DNA of 38,230 bases, from positions 1-38,230 of the IMG/VR virus record IMGVR_UViG_3300020045_004726; one strand, written 5' to 3'. A program made the position numbers and the translations under genes. The notes beneath the pieces were generated by a model. The model was not told the DNA's origin. It saw only the letters and a program-made list of their open reading frames with translations, and ran no database searches. This stretch comes from a virus. How positions within the stretch are numbered: the stretch's first letter is position 1; every line of letters begins with the position of its first letter. Below, one piece after another: positions 31,293 through 37,544 of the stretch.

Positions 31293-31645
31293 CCCTAGAC
31301 GAAGCGATGGACGTTGCTGGAATAGCATGCCTCAACCAGTGGACAAGCCCGGTACAAGAGGCAGCAATCACCCTCGCCGCCGGAGTCCGCCGCCTGCAAT
31401 CAGAGCTTGAGGAATCCGATGCTGTGCATGACAAGTGCGCGCGCCTTCTTGCCGAGACAGCGGCTGCGCTCAAAGGGCCAGAGGCAGCGCTAAGCCGGCA
31501 TAGCTGGCACGACTTGCCAGAGATTGCCGCGACCATGCGCGCCGAAGTCCGCCGCCTGCAATCACCGCGCTCCGGCGTATGCCAGATCGGACCGCCGAAG
31601 CAGATAGCGCCGACCGTATGGGAAGATTGGGGGATGACGGAATGA
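31289..31645 (+). CDS. Hypothetical protein with an internal VRRLQS repeat, 118 aa
   Basis: ORF track. ATGA overlap upstream. A 19-nt exact direct repeat occurs at 31384-31402 and 31546-31564. Confidence 0.55.
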   Translation: MTLDEAMDVAGIACLNQWTSPVQEAAITLAAGVRRLQSELEESDAVHDKCARLLAETAAALKGPEAALSRHSWHDLPEIAATMRAEVRRLQSPRSGVCQIGPPKQIAPTVWEDWGMTE

Positions 31646-31869
31646 CCAACGACAAGGCAGTCCATGCCGCAATCCTAGCCGGATTCAAGCGGGCCAATGT
31701 AGGGCGGATGCATTTCAGAATGGCGGCGATTATCGAGGCGGCTGTTGCTGACAGGGAACGGGAGCGGTGCGCAACGGAGTGTGAGCGCCGGCACGCAAAC
31801 GGTAATTTCGCACACGATACGCGGGAAGATTGCGCGCTGGCGATCAGGGCGCTAGGTGATGAGCAATGA
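31642..31869 (+). CDS. Hypothetical protein, 75 aa
   Basis: ATG 31642 forms an ATGA overlap with the upstream stop. Confidence 0.5.
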   Translation: MTNDKAVHAAILAGFKRANVGRMHFRMAAIIEAAVADRERERCATECERRHANGNFAHDTREDCALAIRALGDEQ

Positions 31870-32027
31870 TCACTAGCGAATGCCCGCGAGACGACGCAGC
31901 AGATGCGGCGATGGCGACGGAGTATCTATGTAGCTTCTGCGGCCAGATGATGACGGACATGAACGCAGAAATACAGCCGTGCCCGTTGTGCGATGAATGG
32001 CGGCTTATTATTGAGGTGCCGGGGTGA
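31866..32027 (+). CDS. Possible 53-aa zinc-ribbon protein
   Basis: Hand translation MITSECPRDD...YLCSFCGQMM...QPCPLCDEWRLIIEVPG (CxxC...CxxC). ATGA overlap upstream and GTGA overlap downstream. Confidence 0.45.
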   Translation: MITSECPRDDAADAAMATEYLCSFCGQMMTDMNAEIQPCPLCDEWRLIIEVPG

Positions 32028-32332
32028 ATATCCTAACCATCGACCAAGCTGCCGGCCATTTGAAGATCAGCACTAGCAAGGTGCGAAAAATGGTCAAGGA
32101 TGGCGACTTACCCTACTTCAAAGTAGGCTGTCACGACCGTTTTATCCTTGAGGACCTGTTCGCGTGGATGCGGTCGCAGTATTCGGACAAGTCACGGAAC
32201 GCAGTAGAAGGAGTAATACCATGCCATACCGTAGAGCCGGAACGGGAAAGTGGTGGATCACAGTCGGCGGAATACGCCAAACTTCTGGGACTACCGTATT
32301 CGAGGACGCGGAAGCGCTCGAAGCAAGGCTAA
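32024..32332 (+). CDS. xis: Excisionase-family HTH protein, 102 aa
   Basis: LTIDQAAGHLKISTSKVRKMVKDGDLPYFKVG...RFILEDLFAWM is typical of MerR-like excisionases. GTG start. The 3' 112 nt overlap int in another frame. Confidence 0.65.
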   Translation: MNILTIDQAAGHLKISTSKVRKMVKDGDLPYFKVGCHDRFILEDLFAWMRSQYSDKSRNAVEGVIPCHTVEPERESGGSQSAEYAKLLGLPYSRTRKRSKQG

Positions 32333-33252
32333 AACATCAGCTCTGGCTAGAGACTGCGATGGGCGTAGAGCCGGCGCATTCGTGGCAGGAGTCGGTAATC
32401 AAGTATCTAAAGGAACGGCAGCACAAGCCGAGCTATTCAACGATGCGCCAGCGCCTTCTGTGGTGGCATCCGTACCTTGGTAGCGTCAGCGATATTTCAA
32501 CGATCACCCGCGACATGGTGGACAAGGCGCTGCACAAGCATAGGGACGTTACCCCGCAGCCATCATCGAGCAACACTACCGCGAACAAGTACGCGATTAT
32601 CGTCGCTGCTGTGCTGAACGCAGCTTGCCGGGAATGGGCCTGGATTAAGTCCAGTCCGAAGTTTCGCCGCTACCCTGAGCCTGATCACCGCCGAGCGTTC
32701 TTGCGGGTTGATGAGTGGCACCAGCTTGAGGCGGAACTTCCGGCGCACCTAATCGGACCGGCCAAGTTTGCATTGGCAACCGGCCTGCGAAAATCAAAGG
32801 TCTTTACGCTGGAATGGTCGGCTATCGACTTCCGCGCTAGATCGCTACGGACTACCGGCAACTCGATTAAGCGCGGCGTGGTGATACCTCTAAACGCAAC
32901 GGCAATGCGCGTCCTTGAAGAAATACGCGCCGACCCTATCCACCATATCAAGCGCGTGTTTTGCTACGAAGGGAAGCCGCTGCGCGATTACGGCAATGCG
33001 TTCTATAAAGCTCGGGCGCGTGCTGGACTTCCGGAATTCACTTGGCACGGATTGCGGCACACGTTCGCGTCATGGCTCGGGCAGTCCGGGGCGAATGAAA
33101 CGGTAATTGATAGTTTGTGCGGATGGGCTGAGAAGGATACTAGGTCGATTTACACGCATCTAGATACGGAGCATTTGCGCCCGTTCGCAGAGGTCATCGA
33201 CAGGGTGCTTGAAGTTCAACAGGAACAGGAACAGGAAAGGATTGCGAAATGA
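32221..33252 (+). CDS. int: Tyrosine integrase, 343 aa
   Basis: ATG 32221 is preceded by AAGGAG. Catalytic-domain motifs ATGLRKSKVF (Arg), WHGLRHTFASW (HxxR) and RSIYTHL (Tyr). Confidence 0.9.
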   Translation: MPYRRAGTGKWWITVGGIRQTSGTTVFEDAEALEARLKHQLWLETAMGVEPAHSWQESVIKYLKERQHKPSYSTMRQRLLWWHPYLGSVSDISTITRDMVDKALHKHRDVTPQPSSSNTTANKYAIIVAAVLNAACREWAWIKSSPKFRRYPEPDHRRAFLRVDEWHQLEAELPAHLIGPAKFALATGLRKSKVFTLEWSAIDFRARSLRTTGNSIKRGVVIPLNATAMRVLEEIRADPIHHIKRVFCYEGKPLRDYGNAFYKARARAGLPEFTWHGLRHTFASWLGQSGANETVIDSLCGWAEKDTRSIYTHLDTEHLRPFAEVIDRVLEVQQEQEQERIAK

Positions 33253-33626
33253 AAATTCAAGAAGCGGTATTGGTTGAGATAATTCCAACAACAATCTGGA
33301 TTGAAAGCGGGATGTGTGGTGAGCGTGTTGTGATGGTTCAGCATACAGGCTCTTATCCATTTGAATACGCGTGTTTCAACTACGACTACCAATATACGCA
33401 CAACTCTGGAACGCTGGCAGCAGCTGAGGGTATTGCGCGCCAACTAGGAGCGGCTGACCCGATTGAGCATAGACAGCGCAAGCTTGAGTTGCCTACAGTA
33501 GCAATCGTGCGCGATAAGATTGCAAAATGGTCAGCGGTGTTGGCAGAGATGGAAAACGAGGCGACTAGTGAAACTACTGTACATGGCAAGTTGCCTACAC
33601 AGTCAATTTTGGAATCTGCAAAATGA
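33249..33626 (+). CDS. Hypothetical protein, 125 aa, translationally coupled to int
   Basis: ORF track. ATGA overlap with the int stop. Visibly lower GC than the genome average. Confidence 0.55.
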   Translation: MKIQEAVLVEIIPTTIWIESGMCGERVVMVQHTGSYPFEYACFNYDYQYTHNSGTLAAAEGIARQLGAADPIEHRQRKLELPTVAIVRDKIAKWSAVLAEMENEATSETTVHGKLPTQSILESAK

Positions 33627-33651
33627 ATCGGCTGCGTGCCTTGCTGCTGTT

Positions 33652-33697
33652 GGGTACGCCCGGAGGGACTCGAACCCCCGACCCCCGGCTTAGAAGG
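33652..33697 (-). other. attP core candidate: the 3' part of a tRNA-Arg(UCU)-like gene
   Basis: Minus strand reads CCTTCTAAGCCGG-GGGTC-GGGGG-TTCGAGT-CCCTC-CGGGCGT-A. This runs from anticodon loop to discriminator. No matching 5' half is present. Confidence 0.6.
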
Positions 33698-33809
33698 CGC
33701 ACAGCCTAAATCTAAGTCATTGATTCTATTGGGTACAGGTGGAAAAAAGACCGCTTGTTCCTGAGCAAGGCCGCATCATACCGTACATTTTTTGCACAGT
33801 CCAATTTTT

Positions 33810-33834
33810 TGCCTAGTGTGGGATTCGAACCCAC
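33810..33834 (-). other. Second tRNA 3' fragment (T arm plus 3' acceptor strand), a relict or alternative attP core
   Basis: Minus strand reads GTGGG-TTCGAAT-CCCAC-ACTAGGC-A. No 5' acceptor partner (GCCTAGT) is present upstream. Confidence 0.5.
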
Positions 33835-33914
33835 CATGCCACCTAGTGTCTCCAATGCCTCGCGGACAGTCTGCGGAAATTTGGGGCGTATTTGGGGCAA
33901 AGTGCAAATAGTTG

Positions 33915-33942
33915 TTGCTTGTTTTGCGCAACAGTCTATAAT
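33915..33942 (+). promoter_or_regulatory. Near-consensus sigma-70 promoter of the cassette next to attP
   Basis: TTGCTT (33915-33920), 16 nt, TATAAT (33937-33942), about 35 nt upstream of ORF 33978. Confidence 0.55.
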
Positions 33943-33977
33943 CACTACATCAACTCAACAACGCCAAGGGGAACGAA

Positions 33978-34163
33978 ATGAATAAGGAAACCGCCTGTTG
34001 TGAGCCTCGCGTCTCTACGTTTTCTATGCATCCAGTTCGATACAGCGCAGACCATTACGGCGTAAGTATTGAGGTTTCTGGACTTGCCTCGCTTGAGCAG
34101 GCTAATCGAGCGATGGATCACATGCAGAAATTGTTCTGCGCAGAAGAAATAAACGTTCAATAG
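33978..34163 (+). CDS. Hypothetical protein, 61 aa
   Basis: ORF track. RBS AAGGGGA. Lower-GC region. Confidence 0.5.
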   Translation: MNKETACCEPRVSTFSMHPVRYSADHYGVSIEVSGLASLEQANRAMDHMQKLFCAEEINVQ

Positions 34164-34187
34164 TCCGCTTCAGCGGTATTGATTGTT

Positions 34188-34568
34188 ATGGAGCACCACA
34201 GCAACCGGTGGTTGCGTTCAGGCGCTACCGTGTATCAGTTGATGCACCACGGATGGAATAAGGGCGTCGAGACGTTCCGCAATGCGTTCAGATTGCACAT
34301 ATCCGCCGACCGTGACAGCGGGTACGACGGGGAAGAATTGGCGCGACGAATCGTGGCCTGCGTCAATGCTTGCGCGGGGCTGGACACGAAGTATCTTGAA
34401 GAATACGGCTTGCCGGGATATGCGCAGACAATCTCTGATCTTGGCGAGAAGGTCGACGAGCTTCTGCTGGTGCTAAAAGAGATAGCCGCCAACGACCCGT
34501 ATCACCAGTCGTCCGCTGGAATTCTCGCCAGAGCAGCAATAGCGCACGTGAACAAAGACAATGCCTAG
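34188..34568 (+). CDS. Hypothetical protein, 126 aa
   Basis: ORF track (a TTG at 34179 is also possible). Contains the motif ELARRIVACVNACAG. Confidence 0.55.
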   Translation: MEHHSNRWLRSGATVYQLMHHGWNKGVETFRNAFRLHISADRDSGYDGEELARRIVACVNACAGLDTKYLEEYGLPGYAQTISDLGEKVDELLLVLKEIAANDPYHQSSAGILARAAIAHVNKDNA

Positions 34569-34755
34569 CCCAACCCCGCAGCACATCATCGCCGCAGCCC
34601 TGGCCGACGTTCTCGCCGGCATGACGCGGGCCGAGGCAGCGCGGAAGCATGGCATACACCGCAGCATCATCACCCGCGCAATAAAGCGCGAGGCGTCACG
34701 GTGCCCGACGTGCGGGCAGGTTGTGAAGGAGGATAAGCATGTGGCAGACGATTGA
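34561..34755 (+). CDS. Small HTH protein with a CxxC motif, 64 aa
   Basis: ORF track. MTRAEAARKHGIHRSIITRAIKRE then CPTCG. Confidence 0.5.
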   Translation: MPSPTPQHIIAAALADVLAGMTRAEAARKHGIHRSIITRAIKREASRCPTCGQVVKEDKHVADD

Positions 34756-34972
34756 CAGCGCACCGAATGGCGACTGGTCAGCGACAATCGACATGTGGGC
34801 CAATGGCGAGCGTGTTACTAACTGCTCGTGGTCCAGGCCGGAAAACTGGAGAGTTGGGAAAGAGCATTGCTGGTGCTATCAGGAGTACGAACAAGGCTTC
34901 GGATATGCAAACTATGAGGTAAGGAATCCGACGCACTGGATGCCGTTGCCAACATCCCCCGATCAGCCCTAA
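34739..34972 (+). CDS. DUF551-like protein, 77 aa
   Basis: MWQTIDSAP... and C-terminal THWMPLPTSP resemble DUF551 phage proteins (from memory). Confidence 0.5.
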   Translation: MWQTIDSAPNGDWSATIDMWANGERVTNCSWSRPENWRVGKEHCWCYQEYEQGFGYANYEVRNPTHWMPLPTSPDQP

Positions 34973-34975
34973 TCA

Positions 34976-35500
34976 CTACTTTACCGGCTGCGCCTGCGCC
35001 AACAGGTCAGACTTGCGCCCACTCTCGGCGCTCGATCCGAACCAGTAATTTACGACCGCGCCCCATGCCGCACCGAGCGCACCGAGCATGATAAGCAGCG
35101 CCTGATTGTCCGTCGCCGTCAGATGGCCCGAGAGCATGCCAAGCAGGATTCCGAAGAATCCGACCGTAATCAGGATTGATAGGATCGCCGGGACTACGCT
35201 GCGCGTAACTCTCTGCATTTCGCGTGCGTCTTTTGTATTCTCGACGGAGAGCGCGGCCAGTGTCTCGATGTTCTTGTAGCCTAGCTCCTGCATACGGAGC
35301 GCAAATGTTTGGTCAGCATTCTTTAGCGCAAGCATCTGCTCGGGCGTCGCGCCACTGATCGCCGTCTTAATAGCCGCCTCTGTCTTGTCAGATAGCCCGA
35401 GAGCGTCAGCGACGGCTGACACAGCCATGCCGCCGAACGGGCCAGCTAGAGCCGTACCGATCCACGGCGCGACGGTTGATACAATCGATTTCCAATCCAT
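34976..35500 (-). CDS. Three-TM holin-like membrane protein, 174 aa
   Basis: Three hydrophobic segments (APWIGTALAGPFGGMAVSAV, VVPAILSILITVGFFGILLGML, ALLIMLGALGAAWGAVVNYWF). Last gene of the lysis cluster. Confidence 0.55.
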   Translation of the reverse strand: MDWKSIVSTVAPWIGTALAGPFGGMAVSAVADALGLSDKTEAAIKTAISGATPEQMLALKNADQTFALRMQELGYKNIETLAALSVENTKDAREMQRVTRSVVPAILSILITVGFFGILLGMLSGHLTATDNQALLIMLGALGAAWGAVVNYWFGSSAESGRKSDLLAQAQPVK

Positions 35501-35501
35501 A

Positions 35502-35804
35502 CTATTCCCCTTGCAATTTAGTATCTGCCACGGCTTGCGCCCGAGTCGGCCACCGTCTTATCGCGGTCAGCCGGTAGTGCGCCACGATCCATTCCCCACG
35601 GAAGCACACAACGCAATCCTGCGAGGTCCAGCGCTTGCCCTTCGGAGGCCGGTACTCGATCACTCTGGCAGAACGCAGCCCGAGCGATTCCGCGTAGCCG
35701 AAGTGTGGAATCAGCCCCCGGAGCGAGTGGCTGCGGCGAGTCCAGATCACACCTTTGAAGCGCGACGACAGCCATAGACGCAGCGCGGCCCATAGACAGT
35801 TCAT
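35502..35804 (-). CDS. Hypothetical Arg/Trp-rich protein, 100 aa, in the lysis cluster
   Basis: ORF track. ATGA overlap with the endolysin stop. No lipobox or clear TM segment, so it is not an obvious spanin. Confidence 0.5.
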   Translation of the reverse strand: MNCLWAALRLWLSSRFKGVIWTRRSHSLRGLIPHFGYAESLGLRSARVIEYRPPKGKRWTSQDCVVCFRGEWIVAHYRLTAIRRWPTRAQAVADTKLQGE

Positions 35805-36328
35805 GCAATCGCATCCCGGAGCGCGCCCATGCGATTAGCCCATCCGCGAGCGAACTTGTGCTGCGCCTCGTCTCGGGCCAGGATTTGCGCGTAGAAAGCT
35901 GCGCGCGTGTCCAGGTAATCATCGACCAGCCCGGACAAACCTTTGGCAAGCGTGATGTGATGGACGGCGTAGAGCGTCATCTCGCCGCACTGACCGTCAG
36001 GAACGGCCCCCGCTGCGCGCTGTAACCATTTCACGGCACGCCCTGTCCCATGCTGTACCGCCGAGTCAAAGACAGCTAGGTCAAGCGGCGCGGGGATATC
36101 GTCACATCGGCAGGCGTCCCAATACTGTTTGCGGTAGATAGTGTGCACGTCGTCCATCGGGATATCTGCGACTGATTCGAGCGTGCGCTGGTCGTGAGCG
36201 AGGAATGCGTTATAGACGGTCTGAGTTATGCCGAAATTTGTAGCGCCGCCATGGTCGGACGGGTCGTTGACGTAGCCGCCTTCGCGGGACAGGACGAACG
36301 CAAGGGAGGTATCGAAGCGGGTCACCAT
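35801..36328 (-). CDS. Endolysin, glycoside hydrolase family 108-like with a peptidoglycan-binding C-terminus, 175 aa
   Basis: The N-terminal signature LSREGGYVNDPSDHGGATNFGIT is typical of GH108 muramidases. Confidence 0.85.
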   Translation of the reverse strand: MVTRFDTSLAFVLSREGGYVNDPSDHGGATNFGITQTVYNAFLAHDQRTLESVADIPMDDVHTIYRKQYWDACRCDDIPAPLDLAVFDSAVQHGTGRAVKWLQRAAGAVPDGQCGEMTLYAVHHITLAKGLSGLVDDYLDTRAAFYAQILARDEAQHKFARGWANRMGALRDAIA

Positions 36329-36564
36329 TTGATATGCTCCTTAGCCCAGGACATGACCGCAACAACCGCAGCGGCCATACCCACAAGGATCGGCACGACG
36401 ATCTTTGACGCTTTCCAGATCGCGGCCAATTCTTCAAGCGCTGGCCGGACTTGGGCGTCAATCGCTACGTGGGCGACGAGGCTATCGCTGATCTTGCGAA
36501 GCAAATCGTCTTGTGAGTCGAGGCGGCGGTTTAGGGCGGCGAGCTCTGATTGATGGTCGGACAT
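36322..36564 (-). CDS. Lysis-associated membrane protein (holin/antiholin candidate), 80 aa
   Basis: Single C-terminal TM segment (IVVPILVGMAAAVVAVMSWA). Overlaps the endolysin start by 7 nt. Confidence 0.45.
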   Translation of the reverse strand: MSDHQSELAALNRRLDSQDDLLRKISDSLVAHVAIDAQVRPALEELAAIWKASKIVVPILVGMAAAVVAVMSWAKEHIKW

Positions 36565-36572
36565 GAGCGCGC

Positions 36573-37292
36573 CTAAGCCGATGTTTTGACTAGATCGAGC
36601 GTGACCGAGTGTTGCGCAACTGTTGACCCGCTACTAGTTACCAGCCTGACGCTAAGAACGTCGCCCGCTGCAAAGTGTGCAACATGAGCCGTGTCGGTTG
36701 CTTGCGTAGAGGCTCCTGAAGTGGAGGCCGCAACCGCAGTATCTACACCGGAAATGCGCAGCGTATAGGCCCGAGTTCCGGCCCCCGCATTTGAGCATTG
36801 CGCAAATAGACCGATGCACTTTCCCGTAAATGGGGCGCGTGTGAATGCAACCGTTTCAGCGGTTCCATAAGCCATCGCCCCCATATAGGCAGTGATTCCG
36901 TCTGCCTGGGTCAGCGCTCCTGTGCCAACTATCAAGCAAGAGCCTCGCTGCCCATAGTTTAGCCCGCCAGCCTGAGATGAATCCGCCATGACCAGCGCCC
37001 CATCAGCGCCAGCCGGAAGCGACGTTTGAGCGTTTGCTACCCCCGTACCGGATAGAATCGAGCCTTTAGCGGATAGAGAGCCACCGTTGATGCCGCCCAG
37101 CCCGGTTATATGAAATCCGCCCGCTGGAAAGTTGGCGGTTAGCGGTGTCTGCCCATCAGAAGACAGGGACCGCGTAATCTCGTTACCAAGGTCGGCAATT
37201 AGTGCGTTGTGCGTCGCGCTGGATATCGAAGTCCCAGAAGTAACGGGCTGTCCTGCTGGGGGTACGTAGATGCCTACACCATTTCGGGCCAT
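36573..37292 (-). CDS. Tail fibre protein, 239 aa
   Basis: The N-terminus YVPPAGQPVTSGTSISSATHNALIADLGNEITRSLSSDGQTPLTANF is a common phage fibre anchor motif. ATG is preceded by AGGAG. Confidence 0.7.
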   Translation of the reverse strand: MARNGVGIYVPPAGQPVTSGTSISSATHNALIADLGNEITRSLSSDGQTPLTANFPAGGFHITGLGGINGGSLSAKGSILSGTGVANAQTSLPAGADGALVMADSSQAGGLNYGQRGSCLIVGTGALTQADGITAYMGAMAYGTAETVAFTRAPFTGKCIGLFAQCSNAGAGTRAYTLRISGVDTAVAASTSGASTQATDTAHVAHFAAGDVLSVRLVTSSGSTVAQHSVTLDLVKTSA

Positions 37293-37331
37293 TTAATGCT
37301 CCTGCGCTTCTCAGCGTTGAGGTCTATAATG

Positions 37332-37354
37332 CGGAAAACCCGCATTGCGCGGGC
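37332..37354 (-). terminator. Intrinsic terminator upstream of the tail-fibre gene
   Basis: Minus strand reads CCCGC-GCAAT-GCGGG followed by TTTTCC. Confidence 0.55.
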
Positions 37355-37367
37355 TTATGGGGTGACT

Positions 37368-37544
37368 ATGGATAACTGGTACTGGGTAATCGGAATCGCT
37401 CTAAAGCCGCTGCTCGGGTTCTTCCTGCTGGCCTGTGTTGCATTGCCGATCCGCTGGCTGGTATGGCACAAAATGCCAGAGTGCAAGCTGAAAACGATCC
37501 TGCTCAAGCACCGAGCAGGCCCAAAAGACTCATTGTGTAGATAG
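37368..37544 (+). CDS. Possible 58-aa membrane protein antisense to the late operon
   Basis: MDNWYWVIGIALKPLLGFFLLACVALPIRW... A perfect TATAAT lies at 37325-37330. The ORF fills an otherwise non-coding 237-bp gap. No good -35 element or terminator was found. Confidence 0.3.
   Translation: MDNWYWVIGIALKPLLGFFLLACVALPIRWLVWHKMPECKLKTILLKHRAGPKDSLCR
37490..37519 (-). terminator. Intrinsic terminator directly after the ejection-protein gene
   Basis: Minus strand reads CCTGCTC-ggtgctt-GAGCAGG followed by ATCGTTTTC. Confidence 0.55.

Noticed and set aside
31384-31564. A 19-nt exact direct repeat (agtccgccgcctgcaatca) 162 nt apart.
   Set aside because: It is in frame within a single small ORF and encodes a repeated VRRLQS motif. 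It is most simply an internal duplication, and no regulatory context is apparent.
35518-35949. A 143-aa minus-strand ORF in an alternative frame that overlaps the endolysin end and the 100-aa ORF.
   Set aside because: It overlaps two tightly coupled genes (ATGA junction at 35801-35804), and its composition looks like out-of-frame GC-rich sequence.
36573-37292. Possibility of a diversity-generating retroelement acting on the tail fibre, as in BPP-1-like phages.
   Set aside because: No reverse-transcriptase ORF exists anywhere in the genome. I also found no template/variable repeat pair matching the 3' end of either fibre-like gene.
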